Shown here: positions 1 to 11,100 of the stretch, piece after piece
Layout of the letters: every line of letters starts with the position of its first letter
Numbering within the stretch: the stretch's first letter is position 1
Assembly: GCA_044892525.1 (NCBI GenBank)
Contig: CM097888.1
Coordinates: 75,702,001 to 75,766,000, forward strand
DNA length: 64,000 nt
Direction: 5' to 3'
Source: Schmidtea polychroa
Lineage: Eukaryota
Notes under the pieces: model-generated
Told to the model about the DNA's origin: nothing
The model's input: only the letters and a program-made list of their open reading frames with translations
The model's database searches: none
Program-made: the position numbers and the translations under genes

Positions 1-80
1 ATTAAATGATAAAACACATTTTAATTAACTAAGTCAAACAATTCACAATATATATTTTATTATTCACATAAATTTAATTG

Positions 81-3000
81 TTAAAGTGCTTGTTTCGATT
101 TGCATTCATTTCTAGACATAGCAGTTGCAATATGCATTTGGCGAATCTTATAGTGACCGTAGGCATAACTTTCATTACAATTGTACCAATACCTTTTATC
201 GTCCAAACATTGGAGAGCTCGTTTTTCTGTCATGAAAGTATACAACTGATGATTGACACTTCCTATTCTTTTTTGTGAGATGCTCACTGTTCCACCATCA
301 GTATACACTTTTTTATAGGCTTCATGTGTAAGATTAGAGTTTGTAAGTCTTATTCCTTTGGCTTTTAGAGTGTTTTTATCGCCTTGGAGTGAGTAGCACT
401 TGGGTCGAAGAAACACCCATTCTTTATATTGATTTCCTTTATTCTCATCCTTGAATTTCCCGATTACCGAACAAATTTTATCTGAGAACAATGGATCAGT
501 CACTGGATAATTTGAAGTATCTAGGAGCCCATCGGCAATCATTTTTGGATATAGTTGTAAGCGTAAATCTACATTTTTACACTCTAAAAAGAAGGAATCT
601 GTGTCACCGGCTACGATATTAATTTGACAATTGAATTCTTCTCTATAACTCTGTAGTTCTTTATATTGAAACTGGTACATGCGAAGTTTGGATAAATCAA
701 GTACGGTTTGTCCAATATACATTGGTCTATCTAAACACACAATTTCCTTATTGAGTATAACAGCAATGAGATCATCCGCAATCTTGATGCTACGACGAAA
801 CATAGGATTACTACAATAAGTTATCAATCTTTTGCTTTTGCTGCATAATCTCAAATTTATACGTTTCTTCAAGTTTTCCACAGTTTTACCGTATAAACTG
901 TTGTTCTTTAACTTATAATAATCTCGCTGAAACGAATCTGTACTAGCTGCTCTCATTTTGGTATTGTAATCAATATAACCTTTGAAAATAGCCACTTGCT
1001 TGAATTCTACAGCACGATTAACTTTTGTGACTTTTGCGCCGTAACTCAACCACTCTGTCAAAACTCTACCATTAACTACATAGTTTTTCTTAGGCTCATG
1101 AGTTAACAACAGCTTTTCAACTTTACTACCAGGTGGATAACAAAGCTCAGGAGCTATAGGTAAATCATCTAGTTTATCTTGTATACTATCAGGAATGACG
1201 ATGTCAACCTCTAGAACATATCCAAGATCTCCATCAAACTTATCCCCATTTGCACATCTTTCAACAATACCATTCATTTCAGTCTGATCATTTATCCATC
1301 TAAATTCACCAACAGGAAGTTTTTGCGACAGCGCCCATCCATATAAATTATTAACATCTAGGTATGACATTTGTGTTGATTCATCAGCTTCAACATGATG
1401 TTTGTTGATAAATGTCATTCCACCACGAATACCAGCTTCAAATAAACGGTAAAGCTCTGGATCTTGAATAAGTTCTACTGGTTCAGGTAACTGTTTAATA
1501 GCTGATGCCCAACTTAATCCGGGTATGGAAACAAACGATAGAGCCTCAAGTCCATCTTCGTCAAATGTTTTTTCTCTGAAAGCTTCAAAAACATCGGCCA
1601 ACAGAAAAACATCCAACTTGAGATATACTAGCATGTAATCTAGCAGTGTCTCACAGTTGTATTGTCGCCAGATTCGATTTGCATGTATATAATCTTCTTG
1701 ACTAACTCCCTCCCAAATCGGTGGTAATTCTGTTATTGACTGTAAAACATCCATTGATGTAGCCATATCATAAGGAAATATGCCTTTACCAGTTATTAAA
1801 TGCGAATTGAAAATCTTTGAAGTAAGTGGAAGACGTGGCAAGTTTTTTGATAAATTTGCCAAGCTGCTATTTAAAAATTGTAAAGAATCAATGAATCTAA
1901 TTCTTCTGCCTTTCGATGTCGCTGTAAGTGTGAGAAACTTTTCTGTTGATTGAGGAATAAGAATTAAATTCCAATCGGGGAATTTTCCAATTGCATATTT
2001 TAATATATGATGAATGTCATATCCACGAAGATTATGAAATACAACAGGTAAAGACGGATTGATTCTTCTAGCCAAATTACAATCTTGACACGCTGCTCCG
2101 AGATATTGACCGGTAAAATGATCATGATCCCGAACAGGTATATTGATAATCTTTTTACAAAGGTAGCAATGAGTTTGATTCGTAAATTCTTCCTGCTGTT
2201 CCCAAGTGAGTTCCATCATTTCCTTCGATCCATTAATTTTATACCACGGATAAACTATGTCTGTAGCTATATCATCCAATGCTTGTATAAACTGAATGAT
2301 ACAGTTTTTCCCAACAAATGTTTCATTTCGAATCGGACAACCTTGATGAAGAAGCACAAATTCAGATGCAATCGGCTCATGTTTTTGGAAGTGCTTGTCA
2401 TCTAGAGGTAATATTGATTCAAAGTCCGCGTAGACAACAAACTGCTGTTTTATAGTTTTACTCCAGTCTTTAAATTCGATATATTTATTCTCTGGCATTG
2501 AGTATAGAGTCGTCCACTCCACATTCTTCCTACAAAGACCTATATGTCTTTCAAAAGCAGGACGTTTTTGAAACCCATGAAGACACGTATGACACCAATG
2601 TGATTGGATTCTGACTCCTTCTACTCTATCTCTGTAATTGAGCAGTCGATCGAGATTAGTTACAGCCAAAAAATGATAATTTAATTCTAAAATTTAGTTA
2701 ATATTTTTAATGATTAAAAGAAATATTACCTTCTTCAATCAATAAGAGATATAATTGACATCCCGTCGAAGTACTTCTATATACCAAGTCAACGAACGGA
2801 TTCTTGAAAATATCATTAGTTTTTTGTTTAATTGGATCTTTATTATATTTGAGAACATTGATCGCTAGATTAGGATTCATTGCCTCAAATTGGCAAATGT
2901 TAACCAACTTCATTGGAAACCAATCTGATTTCCATTTTAACTCTAAATATATATATATTTTTAGAATGATATAAATATATATTACCACTTAAATTATATT

Positions 3001-4058
3001 TCATTACTCTTTCTCTGTGGTGTTTTATGTCATCATAATGTAATACGGCCAGTATGCTATATAAAAAGCAGAATTGATCATTATTTTGAACATTAACTAA
3101 AGCCTGGCAGTTTTTCAGGTAATTTGGCGTTTTAATGTAACTTGAACCTAAGTAAATATCTTGATTTATATATATAATAATGTAAATAAACTTACCAGAT
3201 ACATGTATTATGTCTGATAATTTAGTTAAAATCATAGTAACTTCTAATATTTTATGAATTCTCCACCCACTACTTTGTTGAGTGTATTTCTCCAACTTTT
3301 CTTTTAATTTTTCAATTCCATCATTAATAAATGAAGATGACATTGTAATTGCTTTATTCGACAAACACCATTTTTTAATTTCACCATCCTCTTTGATAAA
3401 CTCTGCACAAAGTCCAAATTGGATTTTTACTGTACCCATTCGTTGAATATGATCTTCTATTTCTCTGATGAGACAATCTGGAACAACAATGTCAGGAGAA
3501 TTAATTGCAGATACATCGCTTGTCAATTCAACACGAGAACCATTTAAGTCAGACTCCCGACGTGGACACAATTGTATGTTAGAGTCTCCATTTCCGTAAA
3601 ATATTGACTTTCGTTTTGTGGTGCCAGAGTTTTGTCTAACTATATTTATAATTAATATTAAACAACTTAAATAACATAACTTGTAACATATTCTTTAATC
3701 TGCTTAGGATCGTATGATGTATTCATTTTCGGTTGTACTATAAAAAATTAATAATTGTTAATAGTAGAAAGAGTATTACTTTTAGTGATCATCCTGCTCT
3801 TCGTTTCTTCGAATCTTCTAAGATGGTGTCCGTGTTGTCGTACAAACATTAACCACCTACCTGGTGATATAATGAGACATTCCGGACATATGTAACCCGA
3901 TAAGGTAGAGTCATTTATCTTGAAATATGATGATGTAACTGATTTACAGTTCTCCACATCTTCATGACTTTCGGCAATACAAAATTTATATAAACTGCAT
4001 CCGTTCACTAAAAGAAAATAATCATTAATATTAGATAGAGAATAAAAAATTATTCACT
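81..4058 (-). CDS. polB: Protein-primed family B DNA polymerase (Polinton/Maverick type), spliced; left mirror copy, 1236 aa predicted
   Basis: Mirror image (12218-x) of 8160-12137. Introns at 4008-4057, 3738-3779, 3640-3680, 3148-3195, 2943-2985 and 2687-2729. Joins ORFs 3748-4008, 2900-3571, 2707-2988 and 81-2669. The translated ORFs are identical to those of the right copy. Confidence 0.88.
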
Positions 4059-4319
4059 TATATAAGTTAAATTAAAAGTTTAAATGACAAACATTTGAAA
4101 AGTTACTGCTTATATATTACACATGATTAAATTCTGACCAATCAAAATCAAGGAAGGGGTAGGAAAAATAAATATATTCTGACCAATCAAAATCAAGGAA
4201 GGGGTAGGAAAAATAAATGTGTTACAGTATTTTAAAAGTTCAATATATTTTAAAACACATTTTGATGCTAAAGTTGACTTATTTAACATTTTCATAATAA
4301 TTTAATAAAAATAATGTGA

Positions 4320-4790
4320 TGAACCCACAAAGTAATATCATTTTTCATCAAATTGCAAAACAGTAATAACGTTTTCATAAAATTGTAACAAAATAATAAC
4401 ATATTTCAGATAAATTTTCAACAGTTGTAAAATATTTAAACAAATTGTAACAAGATTAGAAAATATTACAACAAAGTAGTAACATATTTCAGAAAATTTC
4501 AACAAAGTTGTAAAATATTTATCAAATTGTAACTAAAATAATAAAAATATTGCAACAAAGTAATAAAATAATGATGTTAATTGGGACAAATCAATACATT
4601 ATTTCGAAGACGGACAACAAATTAAAAAGAATATTGTAATAAATTGTGAAGTCTTTCAGTAAATTACAACAAAGTAATAACATATTTCGGAAATATTTCA
4701 CCAGATGTAAAATATTTAAGCAAAATGTTATAAGATTATAAAAATATTGCAACAAAGTAATAAAATAATACAACATTTTAAACTCTAGAT
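4320..4790. repeat. Degenerate AT-rich tandem repeats (AAATTGTAACAAA / AACATATTTCAG type); mirror at ~7428-7898
   Basis: Recurrent imperfect phrases such as caacaaagtaataa, aacatatttc and gttgtaaaatattt. Confidence 0.7.
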
Positions 4791-5830
4791 CAATCCATTT
4801 TATAGAAAATTAAATTTTATCTCTATAATATATGAATAAATATACAAGGAAATTACGTTAACTGTATGAAAAATACAAATTTATCGTAAAAAACATGTGT
4901 GTATTACACACAACATACAAGACATAATTTTTAATCAAGCTATTTTATAGAAAATTAAATTTTATCTATATATTATATGAATAAAATCCTAAGAAAATTA
5001 CGTTAACTATATGAAAAATACAAATTTATCTTAAAAACATGTGTGTATTACACACAGAACAAGATACATAATTTCTAATCAATCCATTTTATAGAAAATT
5101 AAATTTTATCTCTATAATATATGAATAAATATACAAGGAAATTACGTTAACTGTATGAAAAATACAAATTTATCGTAAAAAACATGTGTGTATTACACAC
5201 AACATACAAGACATAATTTTTAATCAAGCTATTTTATAGAAAATTAAATTTTATCTATATAATATATGAATAAATATTCAAGGAAATTACGTTAACGTAT
5301 AATAAATACAAATTTATCATAAAAACATGTGTGTATTACACAAAAAAAAAACAAGATACATAATTTCTAATCAATCCATTTTATAGAAAATTAAATTTTA
5401 TCTATATAATATATGAATAAAATCCTAAGAAAATTACGTTAACTATATGAAAAATACAAATTTATCTTAAAAACATGTGTGTATTACACACAGAACAAGA
5501 TACATAATTTCTAATCAATCCATTTTATAGAAAATTAAATTTTATCTATATATTATATGAATAAAATCCTAAGAAAATTACGTTAACTGTATGAAAAATA
5601 CAAATTTATCGTAAAAACATGTGTGTATTACACACAAAGCGACAAACTAAAATTGTAATTGAGCCATTTTATAGAAAATTAAATTTTATCTATATAATAT
5701 ATGAATAAAAATCCAAGAAAATTACGTTAACCGCGCGAAAAATACAAATTTATCGTAAAAACATGTGTGTATTACACACAAAGCGACAAACTAAAGTTTT
5801 AATTGAGCCATTTTGTAGAGAATTAAATTC
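4790..5830. repeat. ~145-bp tandem array (7 units plus a partial), left arm
   Basis: The TTTTATAGAAAATT anchor recurs at 4798, 4943, 5087, 5232, 5379, 5523 and 5667, with a variant at 5811. Most units contain the inverted repeat TGTGTGTA-T-TACACACA and all contain ATTACGTTAAC. Confidence 0.95.
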
Positions 5831-5900
5831 TGCCTATACATGGTTACACTTAAATCCCAATCGAACAAAGAGAAAAGAGAGAAAAAGAGAGAGAAAAAAC

Positions 5901-6235
5901 AGTAGAGTAGGGTATTGTGTGGACCCGGGAACAAAGACATATGACGTCATCGATGACGTCACAAAGAAATATGACGTCATACCCCCCTACCCCCCCCCCC
6001 GGGGGAGGGGGGGGGTTTTTAAATTTTTTTTTTTTTAAATTTTTTTTAAAAATTTTTTTTTTAAATTTATATTACGTTGCGGTATTTTAAAATTTATATT
6101 ACGTTGCGGTATTTTAAAATTTATATTACGTTGCGGTATTTTAAAATTTATATTACGTTGCGGTATTTTAAAATTTATATTACGTTGCGGTATTTTAAAA
6201 ATATATTACGTTGCGGTATTTTAAAATTTTAATTA
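5901..6235 (+). mobile_element. End module, copy 1: AGTAGAGTAGGG start, three TGACGTCA, C-run/G-run stem, six 27-bp ACGTTGCGG repeats
   Basis: TGACGTCA at 5942, 5954 and 5972; C-run 5982-6000 followed by G-run 6001-6015; ACGTTGCGG at 6074, 6101, 6128, 6155, 6182 and 6208. Homologous to 44740-44998 (minus) and 63128-64000. Confidence 0.8.
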
Positions 6236-6387
6236 TATTTTATTCACATCATTCGTAAGGTCTTGAAGAGATCTATGCAAAGGTTTCACCCGGGTCCACA
6301 CAATACCCTACTCTACTGTTTTTTCTCTCTCTTTTTCTCTCTTTTCTCTTTGTTCGATTGGGATTTAAGTGTAACCATGTATAGGCA

Positions 6388-7428
6388 GAATTTAATTCTC
6401 TACAAAATGGCTCAATTAAAACTTTAGTTTGTCGCTTTGTGTGTAATACACACATGTTTTTACGATAAATTTGTATTTTTCGCGCGGTTAACGTAATTTT
6501 CTTGGATTTTTATTCATATATTATATAGATAAAATTTAATTTTCTATAAAATGGCTCAATTACAATTTTAGTTTGTCGCTTTGTGTGTAATACACACATG
6601 TTTTTACGATAAATTTGTATTTTTCATACAGTTAACGTAATTTTCTTAGGATTTTATTCATATAATATATAGATAAAATTTAATTTTCTATAAAATGGAT
6701 TGATTAGAAATTATGTATCTTGTTCTGTGTGTAATACACACATGTTTTTAAGATAAATTTGTATTTTTCATATAGTTAACGTAATTTTCTTAGGATTTTA
6801 TTCATATATTATATAGATAAAATTTAATTTTCTATAAAATGGATTGATTAGAAATTATGTATCTTGTTTTTTTTTTGTGTAATACACACATGTTTTTATG
6901 ATAAATTTGTATTTATTATACGTTAACGTAATTTCCTTGAATATTTATTCATATATTATATAGATAAAATTTAATTTTCTATAAAATAGCTTGATTAAAA
7001 ATTATGTCTTGTATGTTGTGTGTAATACACACATGTTTTTTACGATAAATTTGTATTTTTCATACAGTTAACGTAATTTCCTTGTATATTTATTCATATA
7101 TTATAGAGATAAAATTTAATTTTCTATAAAATGGATTGATTAGAAATTATGTATCTTGTTCTGTGTGTAATACACACATGTTTTTAAGATAAATTTGTAT
7201 TTTTCATATAGTTAACGTAATTTTCTTAGGATTTTATTCATATAATATATAGATAAAATTTAATTTTCTATAAAATAGCTTGATTAAAAATTATGTCTTG
7301 TATGTTGTGTGTAATACACACATGTTTTTTACGATAAATTTGTATTTTTCATACAGTTAACGTAATTTCCTTGTATATTTATTCATATATTATAGAGATA
7401 AAATTTAATTTTCTATAAAATGGATTGA
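6388..7428. repeat. ~145-bp tandem array, right arm (mirror copy)
   Basis: Reverse complement of 4790-5830. Confidence 0.95.
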
Positions 7429-7999
7429 TCTAGAGTTTAAAATGTTGTATTATTTTATTACTTTGTTGCAATATTTTTATAATCTTATAACATTTTGCTT
7501 AAATATTTTACATCTGGTGAAATATTTCCGAAATATGTTATTACTTTGTTGTAATTTACTGAAAGACTTCACAATTTATTACAATATTCTTTTTAATTTG
7601 TTGTCCGTCTTCGAAATAATGTATTGATTTGTCCCAATTAACATCATTATTTTATTACTTTGTTGCAATATTTTTATTATTTTAGTTACAATTTGATAAA
7701 TATTTTACAACTTTGTTGAAATTTTCTGAAATATGTTACTACTTTGTTGTAATATTTTCTAATCTTGTTACAATTTGTTTAAATATTTTACAACTGTTGA
7801 AAATTTATCTGAAATATGTTATTATTTTGTTACAATTTTATGAAAACGTTATTACTGTTTTGCAATTTGATGAAAAATGATATTACTTTGTGGGTTCATC
7901 ACATTATTTTTATTAAATTATTATGAAAATGTTAAATAAGTCAACTTTAGCATCAAAATGTGTTTTAAAATATATTGAACTTTTAAAATACTGTAACAC

Positions 8000-8110
8000 A
8001 TTTATTTTTCCTACCCCTTCCTTGATTTTGATTGGTCAGAATATATTTATTTTTCCTACCCCTTCCTTGATTTTGATTGGTCAGAATTTAATCATGTGTA
8101 ATATATAAGC
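8000..8110 (+). promoter_or_regulatory. Putative Pol II promoter of polB: duplicated 45-bp unit with reverse CCAAT boxes, then a TATA-like element (mirror at 4108-4218)
   Basis: ATTTATTTTTCCTACCCCTTCCTTGATTTTGATTGGTCAGAAT at 8000-8042 and 8045-8087; ATTGG at 8031 and 8076; TATATAAG at 8102-8109, about 50 bp before the predicted A|TG. Confidence 0.6.
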
Positions 8111-8159
8111 AGTAACTTTTCAAATGTTTGTCATTTAAACTTTTAATTTAACTTATATA

Positions 8160-11100
8160 AGTGAATAATTTTTTATTCTCTATCTAATATTAATGATTAT
8201 TTTCTTTTAGTGAACGGATGCAGTTTATATAAATTTTGTATTGCCGAAAGTCATGAAGATGTGGAGAACTGTAAATCAGTTACATCATCATATTTCAAGA
8301 TAAATGACTCTACCTTATCGGGTTACATATGTCCGGAATGTCTCATTATATCACCAGGTAGGTGGTTAATGTTTGTACGACAACACGGACACCATCTTAG
8401 AAGATTCGAAGAAACGAAGAGCAGGATGATCACTAAAAGTAATACTCTTTCTACTATTAACAATTATTAATTTTTTATAGTACAACCGAAAATGAATACA
8501 TCATACGATCCTAAGCAGATTAAAGAATATGTTACAAGTTATGTTATTTAAGTTGTTTAATATTAATTATAAATATAGTTAGACAAAACTCTGGCACCAC
8601 AAAACGAAAGTCAATATTTTACGGAAATGGAGACTCTAACATACAATTGTGTCCACGTCGGGAGTCTGACTTAAATGGTTCTCGTGTTGAATTGACAAGC
8701 GATGTATCTGCAATTAATTCTCCTGACATTGTTGTTCCAGATTGTCTCATCAGAGAAATAGAAGATCATATTCAACGAATGGGTACAGTAAAAATCCAAT
8801 TTGGACTTTGTGCAGAGTTTATCAAAGAGGATGGTGAAATTAAAAAATGGTGTTTGTCGAATAAAGCAATTACAATGTCATCTTCATTTATTAATGATGG
8901 AATTGAAAAATTAAAAGAAAAGTTGGAGAAATACACTCAACAAAGTAGTGGGTGGAGAATTCATAAAATATTAGAAGTTACTATGATTTTAACTAAATTA
9001 TCAGACATAATACATGTATCTGGTAAGTTTATTTACATTATTATATATATAAATCAAGATATTTACTTAGGTTCAAGTTACATTAAAACGCCAAATTACC
9101 TGAAAAACTGCCAGGCTTTAGTTAATGTTCAAAATAATGATCAATTCTGCTTTTTATATAGCATACTGGCCGTATTACATTATGATGACATAAAACACCA
9201 CAGAGAAAGAGTAATGAAATATAATTTAAGTGGTAATATATATTTATATCATTCTAAAAATATATATATATTTAGAGTTAAAATGGAAATCAGATTGGTT
9301 TCCAATGAAGTTGGTTAACATTTGCCAATTTGAGGCAATGAATCCTAATCTAGCGATCAATGTTCTCAAATATAATAAAGATCCAATTAAACAAAAAACT
9401 AATGATATTTTCAAGAATCCGTTCGTTGACTTGGTATATAGAAGTACTTCGACGGGATGTCAATTATATCTCTTATTGATTGAAGAAGGTAATATTTCTT
9501 TTAATCATTAAAAATATTAACTAAATTTTAGAATTAAATTATCATTTTTTGGCTGTAACTAATCTCGATCGACTGCTCAATTACAGAGATAGAGTAGAAG
9601 GAGTCAGAATCCAATCACATTGGTGTCATACGTGTCTTCATGGGTTTCAAAAACGTCCTGCTTTTGAAAGACATATAGGTCTTTGTAGGAAGAATGTGGA
9701 GTGGACGACTCTATACTCAATGCCAGAGAATAAATATATCGAATTTAAAGACTGGAGTAAAACTATAAAACAGCAGTTTGTTGTCTACGCGGACTTTGAA
9801 TCAATATTACCTCTAGATGACAAGCACTTCCAAAAACATGAGCCGATTGCATCTGAATTTGTGCTTCTTCATCAAGGTTGTCCGATTCGAAATGAAACAT
9901 TTGTTGGGAAAAACTGTATCATTCAGTTTATACAAGCATTGGATGATATAGCTACAGACATAGTTTATCCGTGGTATAAAATTAATGGATCGAAGGAAAT
10001 GATGGAACTCACTTGGGAACAGCAGGAAGAATTTACGAATCAAACTCATTGCTACCTTTGTAAAAAGATTATCAATATACCTGTTCGGGATCATGATCAT
10101 TTTACCGGTCAATATCTCGGAGCAGCGTGTCAAGATTGTAATTTGGCTAGAAGAATCAATCCGTCTTTACCTGTTGTATTTCATAATCTTCGTGGATATG
10201 ACATTCATCATATATTAAAATATGCAATTGGAAAATTCCCCGATTGGAATTTAATTCTTATTCCTCAATCAACAGAAAAGTTTCTCACACTTACAGCGAC
10301 ATCGAAAGGCAGAAGAATTAGATTCATTGATTCTTTACAATTTTTAAATAGCAGCTTGGCAAATTTATCAAAAAACTTGCCACGTCTTCCACTTACTTCA
10401 AAGATTTTCAATTCGCATTTAATAACTGGTAAAGGCATATTTCCTTATGATATGGCTACATCAATGGATGTTTTACAGTCAATAACAGAATTACCACCGA
10501 TTTGGGAGGGAGTTAGTCAAGAAGATTATATACATGCAAATCGAATCTGGCGACAATACAACTGTGAGACACTGCTAGATTACATGCTAGTATATCTCAA
10601 GTTGGATGTTTTTCTGTTGGCCGATGTTTTTGAAGCTTTCAGAGAAAAAACATTTGACGAAGATGGACTTGAGGCTCTATCGTTTGTTTCCATACCCGGA
10701 TTAAGTTGGGCATCAGCTATTAAACAGTTACCTGAACCAGTAGAACTTATTCAAGATCCAGAGCTTTACCGTTTATTTGAAGCTGGTATTCGTGGTGGAA
10801 TGACATTTATCAACAAACATCATGTTGAAGCTGATGAATCAACACAAATGTCATACCTAGATGTTAATAATTTATATGGATGGGCGCTGTCGCAAAAACT
10901 TCCTGTTGGTGAATTTAGATGGATAAATGATCAGACTGAAATGAATGGTATTGTTGAAAGATGTGCAAATGGGGATAAGTTTGATGGAGATCTTGGATAT
11001 GTTCTAGAGGTTGACATCGTCATTCCTGATAGTATACAAGATAAACTAGATGATTTACCTATAGCTCCTGAGCTTTGTTATCCACCTGGTAGTAAAGTTG

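Noticed and set aside
78-2405. ORFs 78-278 and 2085-2405 (mirrors 11940-12140 and 9813-10133)
   Set aside because: Antisense shadows of the polymerase with no recognisable motifs.
81-2669. pPolB as a mitochondrial linear-plasmid or phage gene, or contamination
   Set aside because: It has spliceosomal introns of host-like size, the Polinton-type N-terminal motifs, and a decayed relative at 22 kb in the same scaffold.
6060-6235. 27-bp repeats and the 145-bp array as a CRISPR array
   Set aside because: The units are head-to-tail with no unique spacers, there are no cas genes, and the context is eukaryotic.
4110-8108. Short ORFs 4110-4295, 4591-4776, 5763-6038, 6273-6455, 7442-7627 and 7923-8108
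   Set aside because: They lie in promoter or repeat DNA and have low-complexity translations.
8210-9511. ORFs of 86, 223 and 93 aa (and mirrors at 2707-4008) as separate genes
   Set aside because: They join in frame through GT-AG introns into the polymerase; their ORF-track starts and ends fall in introns or at non-ATG codons.
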